Part shown: positions 36,110 through 47,899 of the stretch, one piece after another
How positions within the stretch are numbered: position 1 is the first letter of the stretch
Layout: every line of letters starts with the position of its first letter
NCBI RefSeq assembly: GCF_000315625.1
Contig: NW_005434667.1
Span: 1,045,061-1,109,060 of the forward strand
Direction: 5' to 3'
Origin: Guillardia theta CCMP2712
Taxonomy: Eukaryota > Protista > Cryptophyta
DNA length: 64,000 nucleotides
Position numbers and translations under genes: made by a program
Notes under the pieces: generated by a model
What the model was told of the DNA's origin: nothing
What the model saw: only the letters and a program-made list of their open reading frames with translations
Databases searched by the model: none

Positions 36110-36585
36110 CCTTACATCAGCCGCCGCCGCAGGCTCACCCGGGCTAGAGCGCCAACACCATCGGGCAACCGTTGGGCAGTCGGGCGGAACGGTTCCGGAC
36201 CTACTACTAGGCTGGTACTGTATGATTCAGTGCCCGGGCTGCCAGAGCCGCTGAGCGCCGGGCACGGTGGGTCACCGTGGCACAGTGCGGCCAGCGGCCA
36301 CGACCTCAGCTGCACTGGGGTTGAACAAGACCGGACAGTCTTCAAGGCTTACTAAGATCAACATGATTGAGCATAGTAAACGGGGCCCATAACCGACGGA
36401 GTACAAGTCTAACAAACTTTCCTCGTACTCCGACCTCAGAGCGGGGCCTTGCCCGGAGTCGGCCCCGGCGCCGAGGCTCGCCGATTCCGATCGTGGTGGG
36501 CCAACTCCCCGCTCGTACCAACAACTTCTTCATAATAGCCTTGAGTCATCAGCTCATCAGTCACAGCCCGGCTAGCAGCGCTCGG
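36110..36585. repeat. second GC-rich intergenic island
   Basis: CCGGG/CGGCC-rich non-coding block immediately followed by a very AT-rich tract (~36600-36900); vocabulary resembles 22375-22700. Confidence 0.45.
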
Positions 36586-37185
36586 TCTATGTATGTTTGT
36601 ACTATGTTTGGAGATTGACTAAAACTTGTACCCAATGGAATTGCCTCCTTCGAACACGAGAACGAGAGAACTTTACTACTATGTACGCATGCGTGAAGTA
36701 AAATAATGCTATTATTAGATATTCAATAACGTTTTATGCAAGGTTCCCGTTTTAAAACATAGTAGATACTAGCTATTTACTAGTAAATGTATAAACCATA
36801 TGTAAATGTCGTATATAATAAATGTTTTAGGGAAGTCAAACAATATTTCAAAAGCATTACCAAAGTTTGAACATTCAGTGAAATTTTCAAAATCTTTCCT
36901 CAAATCTTACAAGGGTGCGTGGCCATGGCGACCAGGCCAGAGAGCAACGAGAGGGATGGGCAGAAGAGGAACATCAGCAGCATATCAGTAATGCATGATT
37001 GAAGAACAAGTACTTTCTCTCTGATTCCTTCTGCTCCTTCTCCTCATCTCCGATTGGTCGATTCGAGTGTTGGTGGAGTTTGTTTCCTGTACCAAGGAGT
37101 TTCACCAGGGGGAGGTAGCTGGGAGCATGTTGACCCGGCTCATGTTCATGGCTTGTTTGTTTCTATCGCTCTGATATACGTCAAC

Positions 37186-40100
37186 ATGAAGCCGGTATCA
37201 AGATTTGGAAGGAGAAATTCTTCCACAGATCAAGCCGACTTCGATGAGTTGGCTTTCAGGCAGCACGACTTCAGACAGCATGTCAAAGCATTCAGGATAC
37301 AGCTCTGGATCGTGGGTCTCCTTTACATACTCGCAGCACGTATTTTATCTCGCGGGGATAAGTGTGGAGGCGAGGAATGGCTTCTGCACTTTCATGCCTT
37401 CTTGTTCTTCCTCTCTGGACTCGTCAGTTTGCTCTCGAGCCTTCCATTTCTTTTGAATTTTTTCGAAGCATTGATACGGAGAACACAAAACAAAGATGTC
37501 TTGTTAATCATATATTTCTCATTCATGTTTCAACTGGAACTAGGGCGAAGAGCTGTGGCCGACATGCGAAGATCACTCTCTGAGACGTGCCGTTCCCCGT
37601 ATGTCAACCTGACAATCGATTTTCAAGGGCAGATTCCATGGCGAAGGACTTGTTTTGACAGCAACCCTCACGCCACCATAACACAGCATTGCTCTGAGTT
37701 TGGCTGTGAGGACGGAGGGTGTGTGTCAAGGTTGATTTACCCGGACGGTCTGACAATGTACGCTCTGCTCGGCACTTTCCTCCCCATATCAGCGGGGATA
37801 GACGGATCTTCTGCGTTCTACTTGTCCATAATCCAGCTGATCAGCCTCCTCTTCACAGGACTGGTAACAGGGGTTGACTTGATGACGCTGATATCAGGCG
37901 TCTTGCAGCATGCAATCTCGACGGGGACGAACTCGCTTATCTGCGAATCGAGGATGACGAAGGCACGGGATGAGTTCTTCAGGGAGAGGGCTCTCAAGCT
38001 TGCGTCCGAGCATACGAACCAGCTGCTCTCCACGCTGATCCCTCGCTCCCTTCACTCGAGGCTGAAAGATCAGAAGAACTTTGACTTTGTGGGGAACACG
38101 ATGAAAAGCTGTACGATCATGTTCGTGAGCCTGTCGCCCAGCGCAATCCAAGATGTTCGCACTAACACAAGAGATGTTTTCAAGCTGGTAAAGAAGATCT
38201 TTGCGGACTTTGACAACATTGTCGAGGACTTCGGTATGTTCAAGTACCATCACGTGTTCGATCACTATGTGGTTGCATGCCCGAGAACGGCGTACCCCTT
38301 CCAAGAGCCATTGGACGAGGAGGAGTACCTGCGGACGAGCTCGAGATCCATGGTCTTTCTGGCACAAGAGCTGATCAGCAAAGCGAGGATGTACAAATCA
38401 CAGGCAGGGGAGGACCTGTGGGTGAAGGTGGGGATCTCGCTAGGCGAGGTGGCAGGAGCAGTTGTAGGGCAGCAGCGGAGGTTTTACTGTCTCTTTGGAG
38501 ATGCGATCAACACGGGAGCAAGGATGTGCAGCTACTCGGAGGCTGACAGGATCCACTGTTCGCAGAGCTTCGCGGAGGTGATGGAGCGACTTCATCCGGA
38601 CATCCCTCTGTTTTGTCGGGGGGTGCAGGAAGTGAAGGGGAAGGGGAAGATCAAGACCTACTACGTGGGCTTCGATGCTGTAGGGGATGCTCCGAGTCCG
38701 GAGGAGAGGGTGAGGAGGAGCAGCGATATCAACGAGGTGATGGGAATCGAAGAGAAGGGAGACATACTGAGCAGAGAGAATTCACGGTCTGATGACACCA
38801 TCTCCCAGCATTTCTCCACCTGCGACTCCCCACCTAGCAGCCACGGCTCCTGGATCAGCCTGTCAGAAGCACAGGAAGAGGTGGGTGGGAGGAAGAAAAG
38901 AGTGGAAATCTCGACGCGTTCATGTCGCTTCGTAAATATGGAGGTGGAGACAAAGTACTACTCGGACAGATTCTCCATCAAACTTGAAACATATCGAGAG
39001 CGGTGGTGAGCAACTTTGTGAGGATCTTGGTGACTTATCACAACTTGTACAATCTGGATGCAGTGAAGAGGATGGAGAACGTGAAAGACAAGAAGCTTTT
39101 CCTCTTTTCTCAACGCTTCTTTCTTGGACTACTGGTGCTTCTCTTCTCTGCCATGCACCTGCAGAGCAGGTGGACGAAACCTGAGTCTGCTTTCTCTTAT
39201 CTCCGATTCTGGAAGAGATTGTTCTGTGTGTACAATGCCTTGTACTTAATTACCATGCTCGGTTTCTTGCCGATCGTTCATGCGACAGGTTGGATCCTCA
39301 TCTTCACTCCAGCCTTCACCGTCATCAACCTGATGCAGAGTGGCGTGTCAGTGCGGCAGATGCTGAGCTTCATTCTTTTCTTTTTACCGATTTGCTTCTA
39401 CTTGATCACTAGCCAGACCCCCAAGATGAACCTCAACTATCTCCTCCTGCTCATCTTCTGCACTAGCTTCAGCTACTCGCACCTCCGGCAGCTCCACTTG
39501 GTGGACCGCGAGCGATGGAAGTCACTCAAGAAGTACCAGCATGAGAACAATGCCGTGCTCAAGATCCTGAACAACCTCTTCCCTGAGAATATCGCCAAGG
39601 AGATCCTGGAAAACGGAGAGATTGCCAGCGAGTTCCGCAACGCCGCCGTTCTCTACCTGGACCTCTGCCATTACACGCAACTGACTGCGAGCCAGGAGGC
39701 GATCAGGGTGGCTGAGCTCATACACTCTGTCTTCTCTCAGTTCGACATGGCGGTGCAGGCCCGCAACGTCTTCAAGATGGACACCATAGGAGACGCCTAC
39801 ATCTGCGCCTGCTGGATCGACGAGTCCAACCAGCGGCAGGTTTGCCAGCGCATGGTGGCGCTTGCTCGGGACATGGTGGAGATTATCGACAATGCTCGCG
39901 AGGAATTTTCCGTCAACATCGCGTGCAGGATCGGCATAGCGACTGGCAAGTGTCTTGCAGGCGCTATCGGCAAGTTACAGCCGAGGTATCAGATAATGGG
40001 GGAGGCGGTAGAGCTGGCGCATGAGCTGGAGGGAGCGGCAGAGAAGCAGGGGATCAACGTCAGTGAGCAGGTGAAGCAAATTCTGCGGATCCATGGAGGA

Positions 40101-40190
40101 GAGGATTGCGCACTTTCGAAGCTGCTTCAAGGAAAGGGAAACTCTCTGACAGGTGTACCAAAGGGCCTGCTGTCAAGAGGGAAGGAGTAG
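37186..40190 (+). CDS. membrane class III nucleotidyl cyclase with two TM clusters and two catalytic domains (guanylyl-cyclase-like); frame break near 38990-39009
   Basis: Domain 1: KVGISLGEVAGAVVGQQRRFYCLFGDAINTGARM..VKGKG. Domain 2: VLYLDLCHYT, FKMDTIGDAY, RIGIATG..PRYQIMGEAV. Hydrophobic helices precede each. An additional upstream exon is possible. Confidence 0.85.
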
Positions 40191-40480
40191 CAGCCAAGTT
40201 TCGTCTGTTCTCTTGCTCCTGGAGCTCTGACGACGTTACAACATTACCATGTAATCTAGACTCAGAATCTCTCCGTGTCATGATGCACCTCGCAACCCGC
40301 ATTCATCTTCCTTTTATTTTTTCTGCATTTCTTCCTGTTCGTCATAATACAATCAAACTGATATAAACAATTGTTGTTTCTTGATCGTCAACTTGCTTCC
40401 TCCCTTCCCGAGGGAATCGCCAGCAGCATTCAAACTTTTGCTGCTCCTCTCTCTTATGCTCCTGCCTTGTGACTATTTCC

Positions 40481-42200
40481 TCATATCACAGCTACCGCTA
40501 CGCCGATTCTCGACGACTGCATGGGGGTCTCTTCCTGCCAGGCTCCCATACGAGCGTCGAAGCTGCATCAAGATCAGCGAGTTCCATTGTCGCGCTCTTC
40601 TCACCTGTGGACGGAGTTGAGGCAGTTGTACGCCGTGGTCCCTCCTACCACGAAGATGCGGCCGTTAAGCACAGCAGCGCCCAGCAGAGCTCGAGTGGTC
40701 GGCATGGGCGTTTCTGTTTCCCACTTGCCCTGCAGGAGGAGTCAGAAGGCGAGGGAGCCGAAGAGGAGGAAACCGAGCGATGATCGAAGCTCTCAACAGA
40801 CGCCAAGCTCGTCACTCCCCCACTCGTGCATCCTCCCAAAGCGAAGAATTTTCCATTGAGAACGGCGGCAGCAAGCGAGTCACGAGCAGTGGGCATGCAA
40901 GGTCCTCGTTTCCACTCGTCCGTCACCACATCATAGACGTCGACATAGGAGACAGCTGCGCCTGAACAGTATCCCCCGAAGACGTAGATGGAGTTTCCGT
41001 AGGCAGCCGAGGCAAGGTGGCTTCTCTCGGAAGGGAGAGGCGAGCAAGACACCCATGTATCCATCAGAGGACAATACTTCTCCACGGTAGCCAGGTAGCG
41101 GTTCCCCAGAGTGCCATCGAAGCCCCCGAGAGCATAGAGCTGTCCCTTGAGGGCTGTGGCTGCAAGGTACGATCGAGCTGTGGGCAGCGGGGCCTCGTTC
41201 CTCCAGTCTCCCAGCTTGTCGCTGAAGGACTGCACCATGGCGTTGGGATGATACCTGCTGCGACTGTTACCAACCTTGGCGGGTTGAAGGAGGGGCTTCC
41301 TGCAGAAGATGGGCGCCGTGCCCGATGGAGGAGTGTACTGGCCGCTAAGAAGGAGAGCGTGAGGAGACGAGGAGGAGACGAGTGTTGATCGATCAATCAC
41401 CAGTATTGACCGCCAACGATGTAGACGCGATCATCTACTCCACATGTGAGGAAGCAAACTTTTCTCGCGTGCACACTAAGAGAACTCACCGAGTGCTGCT
41501 GCCGCAAGGCCGCGACGGGGAAAGGGCATCGGCGGGAGTTTGAACCATCTCTGAGGATGACGGGAGTCACTGTCAGGCTCTACCTTCCAATGGAGCTTGC
41601 CTGAGAGTCTGGTTCATAACACTCCACGGCTGATATGCTGTCATTGCTTTGATGATCTTTGCCCCCAATGACGCATAAGACACTGTAGGTGGTGAACAAT
41701 GAGCAGGAAGCAAGATGCAAGAAACAGGGTCCACACGGTGTCTTAGCCATCTTGCAGACAAGGTTGCAAAGTTCTTCAGATTGCAGCATTCGAGCCTAGA
41801 TCGTTTCATCAGCTGACAAATGCTGTCGCTGGTGACAAGACCGTACCATGCTGTTGCCACCCAGACGATGGTGAAGAGACATGGCGAAGGAAAGCTCGCG
41901 CTCCATATGCTGTAAGATCGTCAACAGGCTTGAAGTTGCCATCCAAGATCAACAGACCCAGTCTGTCATCATCGCGTCTTCCTCTTTCTCATGGATTTGA
42001 TTCCTACCGAAAAGCCTTCACACACGGAATAGATACGAATGCAATCTTGCCTTGCAGGTCGATTCGGGTCCATCGCATGTACCATTTTCTCAATGCTCCA
42101 GGTCCTCCTGTTTTTCTTACGAGTTTTTTTCTTGCAGGTCTGCATTCCTTGAGGTAAGCACGACCGACAGACGAGACTTTGGAAAGTCTTTACCACTGAT
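40481..42200 (-). CDS. kelch-repeat protein
   Basis: About six GG..W kelch blades (LCVIGGKD, LYALGGFDG, IYVFGGY, FFALGG, IFVVGG); upstream RELSFAMSLHHRLG segment; 5' end uncertain. Confidence 0.85.
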
Positions 42201-43148
42201 ATACGTCGCACCTACTTGTTCATGAGGGAACCTTAAAACAGCAGAATTTAGAGGATACGCGAAAGGCAATGCCCTTGAATCTTCTGCACAATAGAAACAC
42301 CTATCTGCTCCTCCCAACTGCTATCACAACACACACGATGACCATGGCGATGCGCCTTGAAAGCAACACAAAAGACGGCCTGCAACAACGACGCCTTCAA
42401 CGCAGGGCAAGCAGCGAGCACGAAGAACAAGCAGCAGGGCGATCTTGATCATAACTTCGAAGTGAAATCAGCATGAAAGTGGTCTCAACGATCAGTGGAT
42501 TCGGCTCGAGGCTGCTTGGCAACAAGGCCGTCGCTGCATTGCCGCTGAGGCGCTATGGGACAAACTCTGGCAAGCCAACAATATTTTCATAAGTTGAGTA
42601 CCTTCATTTCCATATATTTGTCAAAATTGAAAAGTGACAGATGAATATTAGGCGATCGGACGTAAGTTTTGGTAGGGTCCTAACTTGTAGTATTGGAGTA
42701 CAGCTTACCGGGAAAAAGGCGCACCTGGGTGTGAGCGGGGACGAGCCTGTGTGATAAGCCTGAGTCTGGAAAAGACAAAAGAAGATGGGAATGAGGGGTG
42801 ATGAGGGCTCAATTATCACCTGAGGCGGGCGCCCTTGAGCGTTGGGTGATAATGTAAGGGAGGGGAGGAGGGACCAAGAAGTTCCTGCCTGCAGCTGATG
42901 ATGGCGCTTTTTGCTGAGAAATTGACAGCGAGAGGGGAGGGGAAGGCGGGGAGGGGGAGAGCTCGATGAATGATATCGATGATGGAAGAAGTTGGTCAGG
43001 GTTATAGTTTGAGTCTTGATCACTGCTTGGATGGTGAGGGGAGTAAATGAGGAGGAGGGAGGAACCTGAGACAAAGTCTGAGCCAGGAAGCGATCGAGAC
43101 AGGAGGGGGACATTGGAAGGGCTTCTCCACACGATAGTTTGAGGAAAA

Positions 43149-46100
43149 ATGACGAGTAAGTGGGTGGCCAGAACTTGTGACGCTGTGCGAAGCGAAGGAG
43201 GAAGGCGGGGGAGGCGAGAGAAGGGGCAGGGTTTTTGGAGGCTGGCGAGCTGATCTAGGTTGGCGGACTGGGAGAGGGGAAAGCACTTCTGCTCAGTATA
43301 TATGTACTCAACAGATCTCCAGTGCAATGAACATCTCTCTCCTGTTGTCAACAGTGGTAAAACTTCATGCTGATTGGTAGTTCACCAATGGCCTGTCCCA
43401 GTGCATATTGTTCTACTCAAATATCGATCTCGTTCTCTTGTTTGGCAATCCAAGTGATGTTCTGTTCCTTTAGGTCGTCAATCGAAGTGGACCTGAGCCG
43501 CAGCTGCATCATTTCACCCAGATAGACATCAGAACCAGAGCATAGCCGACTGAGCGCTGACAGCGCTCAAAGTTTTCAACATCAAGCGCCCATTCGAAGA
43601 AGGAGATCCCGCAGGTGTGATGCGTCAGGGCACGTCAGACCTCATGTTGCTGATCACGAATGAGAAGGTGCGGAGGTCAGATCCAACAATAAACAGGTGC
43701 GTATGGGCAACAACCCTGTAAGGAACATGCCTGAGAATCCACAAGATGAGATATTTCAGGTGATTGAAAACAAGTCCTCTATCGATTCATGAAGTCCTCG
43801 CTCTCTTGTCTCACGATCACTGAGTGCGCTGCTGTTCATCAGGTCAAGATCTTCAATGCTGGAAACACTTGCTACTTGGATTCAGTTCTCTTCGCGATGT
43901 TTGCGGTTCCTTCACCTGCCTTTGAGCAGCTTCTCACCAAGAGGTGACGATCGACTGCATCGTGCTGGCAGACGATTGATTCCTGCGTTAACTCATGGTG
44001 TTGGAACAGATTTCCGGTCACTGACGGCCTGTCACTCTTGAAGCAAGAGCTCCAAAGCTACATCCTGAAGAACTTCGTCGGCAGGATTCGCCATTTTGAG
44101 CATATCACAGTCGACGTCATCGCAAACATCCGCATGCTGTGTAGGAAACTCGGGTGGGAGTACGTTGGTGCTCCAGATCAGCAGCAGGATGCAGGAGAGT
44201 TCTTTGATTTCCTTTATTCCATCCTAGGAGGACAACTGATCAGAACAACGCGTCGAACTTTCACTGGGGCTCTGCCAGACAGTAGCGACAAGGGACAAGA
44301 AGAGAACATGACGCTTCTCCCAGTCCCCTTATTTGACTCTCAAGTACAACGAAATGAGCCTCTGAATCTGCAAAACCTTCTGGACACTTTCTTCTATGAA
44401 AACGTGGCTTCAGGTGCTTCTTCAACCACAATCCTGTGGAGGTGACCTAAGGAAACATTCGGTTTTGATGCTTTGCTCGTAAGGTTTGCGACGCAAGGTT
44501 CAGGGGCAGGTACTCGAAGTCTGTGCATTGAATACGTGAGAAAGAATCAATGTCTGGTAAACCCGATGATCGAGTCTTAGGTACTCCGTCGAGAACGTTC
44601 CGAGCATCGTTGCCGTTTCATTGAAGAGATTCGACGAGCAGCTGTTAAAGATCGAATCTCAAGTTGACTTTCCTAGCTTCATCAACCTTCACAAGTATGT
44701 CAAGAGCCTTGAAAGGCTCCGTCATGACGGCAACTATCGTGCAGGTACAGCTCCAGGCCCGAATGGAGGAGCAGCCCTATCATGCATAGTGTGCCATGGA
44801 ACCTGCGGGCGATTGTTTGTCACAGGTGCTCCGAGCTCTCTGGATGAGCAAGTTTCTGACCAGGAGACAGGGGAAGCACGACACAATCTGGGCATTATTA
44901 TGCCTACACGAGATACTCGAAACACGAGTCGTCGTCGGCGATCTGGTTGAGGATGGACGACAATGCAAATCCTTGCATCACGCAGGTAAGGAAAGGGAGC
45001 TGCCTGTTTCCCTTGGTCGTCTCAAGTGACTGCAGGCCAACATATTTTCTGACCCCTACGTGAAGAGCGAAGCTGTACTGTTCCTCTTCGAGCTCGACAC
45101 GGATGCGCACACCTCTGCGCTGATGATGCAACAGGTGACGCCATGACCTTGTTCTCGATCTGCCGACTGATCTTGTCGCCACCAGGAAGAGGCTGAAGAT
45201 GAACTTGGATTCGGCTACAACAATCTCGTTTACCAGCCCGAAGCATTTTCTCTCAAGTCGATCCCAACGTCTCTCTCCTTCTCTTCTCACAGCAGGCAAA
45301 TGTCGCCGCAACCTGCCTCTGCTTCAGCGGGGGCTCGAACAGTGGAGGACAAGAACAATCCGATGCCTGTGTCTGATGCTGATGACTTTGCCATTTCAAA
45401 TAGAGCGAAGATCGAAGAGAGAGGGGAGCAGAAGGAGAAGGAGAAAGGGGAGGGGGAGCAGAGGGAGGAGGAGGATCAAGATGTATTGAACAAGGAGAAT
45501 CAGACCAAGGCAGTGCAGAACTTCGACTTACCAGGAAAAGTTGCTGAGACTTCAATTGAAGGCAATATTCACAAGCAAGTGGAGAAAGTGCAGGAGAAGG
45601 ACGCATGCTCAGACGCAGCTGACCACTTGCATGCTGGAGACCCTGAGGTTGAAACGCAAGTGATCTTGAGTTACCTCAGCGAGCAGGAGAAGCCCCAAGC
45701 TCAAAGCAGTGAGGCTCCTGACTTCCTCGTCACTCCCAACGGGAAGCTGCCCCTTCCTCTCTTCAATCGCGCTCCTGCTCAGCCGCAGGGCGAATGGTTT
45801 GCTTCCTTTGACATCGAGGAGGGTCGAGATCGCTATGTCTGCATTACAGCGCTCCCGCACGTGCAGTGGGGAGGAGAGGCGACGAGAGCTGTTGTGACTG
45901 TGTCGGAGAGCAGGAAAGAGGCTGAACTCCCTTCCTCCTCCCTTGAACAGAAACCGCTGATCCTCCACTTGGACAGGACGAGCCCATCGACCATCGTTGA
46001 CCTGAGGTGACGAGGTATGACATGCAGCAGAAGCTGACGACCTGGCAGTGTGATGGAAGGTGTCAAGGAGCAGAAGTGTTTCGACGTATCCATCAGCTTC

Positions 46101-46154
46101 AGTGGATCAGGACAAGGAGCTTGTGAAGGGAAGAACGACGAGTCGACATGTTGA
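43149..46154 (+). CDS. ubiquitin-specific protease (peptidase C19)
   Basis: Cys box IFNAGNTCYLDSVL (~43850); QQQDAGEFF; LKRF; His box SGHYYAY; WLRMDD; start uncertain. Confidence 0.88.
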
Positions 46155-46225
46155 TTTCAATGATTGATTGATATTTCTCTTGCTGTATTATCTTACAAAG
46201 ACGTGTTGGCTCTGGCTTGCATCCC

Positions 46226-47853
46226 TTACTCTAACATTCGAGCTTTCTCCTTCAGCATCTCCATGCTCTTCAAGAAATCTTCTGCTCTGAAGATGATCTT
46301 GTCCAGCTCTTGTCCAGCTTGCGCCATAGCTCCCCACTTGTTAGTCTCTCGTCCTGTCCCCACGCTCTCTGGAGTTCTCAGGCTCCACCCGTTGCTCTCA
46401 CTCTCCTCCTCGTCCAGCTCGATCTCGACGTTGGCTGGGCGGGCTCGGCTGCGGAGCAAGAGGTTCGGGCTGGACTTCTGCTGGAAGTTTCTCCTCCACT
46501 GCCGCATTGACCACACACGGAGCAGGTGGTCCGAGCTGACCGCCAGCAGGGAGCTCCTGCTGGTCCGCATTCTCACCATGCTGTCACCCATCGACCAGGT
46601 TGTCAACCTCCCGCAGACTTCCTCCTCGATAGGCCAGTGCAGGAGCTTGCCGTTGGCGAGACCCGCCATAACGAACGAGGAGGCGACGCACATGGAGCAA
46701 ACGAAGTTTGCGTCCGTGACTGACAAGAGCCGCGAGGCTGATCCTGTCTTGAGGTCCCAGCAGCAGACGGCGTTGAGGTGAGCTGTGAAGACGAGGGGCC
46801 GACCCGAGCTTCCCTCGCAGTGGAGGATCGACAGGACTGACCCGTAGGTAGCAGACTCCAGCAGAGTTCTCCTGCATCTGAAGCTCTTGTCAGCAACGAC
46901 TAGAACATTTTCTCAGCTCACTTGGTCGTCAGGGCCTTCAACTCCTCCTGCAGTTTTTCAGCTCTTGCCATCAAAGTTTGCACCTTGTCAGGACCCATAG
47001 CATCGCGAATTTCCTGATTACAGTCTGAGTGAAGACTCTCCTGCTGCTACCCGCGCTCTCTTACCTCGCTCGAGAGCTTCTGCAAGCTGCTCAGCTCCAT
47101 CTCAACTTGCCATCGCTTCCTGTACAGGGGCAGGTGGAAGACGCAGAGGGAGCCGTCCTTACTGCCAGTGATGGCAGTGCCGTTGAGAGACAGACAGCTT
47201 GTCACTTCGTCGCGATGGTGATGGAAGGCAAAGTCAAAGCTGCGCTGCTGCTCTTCCCCAGCGTCGAGGCCGAGGGCGGGGGAAGTGATAAGGCAGTGGA
47301 GGACTTGTCGGGTTTGAGTGCTCCAGATGAAGGTGCTTCCTTGAGATGAGCCCGACACGAGCACGAGCCGGTCGGGGCTGACGGACAAGCAGAGGATCTT
47401 TCCTCTCTGCCCCTTGAGCTTCGCCTGTATCAAACTTTCTCCGTGCGTGTTGACCTCGAAGATCCTGCCAAGAGATCCCAGGAACAGGATGCCGTCACTG
47501 CTCGCACAAGCCGCGAAGGTTTGAAAGGCGCGGGACAGGTCATGGCGAGCCAGCACCTTGAGGTTGTCGAGGTCTATCTGCCAGATCCGAGTCTCAGCAA
47601 AGACTGCAAAGGCCTCCACACCAGGGTGATCGATCAAGACGTCGACCAGCTGAGAAGAGCCGGAGGTCAGCTTGAGCTTCAGCTCGCGGGATTCCTTCGC
47701 TACTCTCTCGTTCTTGTCTCGAACCTCGAGGCCCACCCGGAGTCCTTCCTCCTTCTTCTCTTGGCCGACCGACGGCCCGAAAGAGAAAGGCTCCTTCCTA
47801 TACGCTGCTTCAATGCCAAAGCACAAAGGGCATCTGATAGCCGCGCTGCTCAT
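46226..47853 (-). CDS. WD40-repeat region (3' part of a larger gene)
   Basis: LKGQRGKILCLSVSPDRLVLVSGSSQGSTFIW; HHRDEVTSCL..ITGSKDGSLCVF; LLAVSSDHLLRVWS. Confidence 0.8.
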
Positions 47854-47899
47854 GAGCCGTCAGGAACGTGAAACGAGGCTGAGGGTCGCACCTGCTCCT

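Noticed and set aside
41573-41860. ORF that superficially looks F-box-like (ATAWYGLVTSDSICQLMKR)
   Set aside because: It is not in the frame that splices to the kelch exons and partly overlaps an inferred intron.
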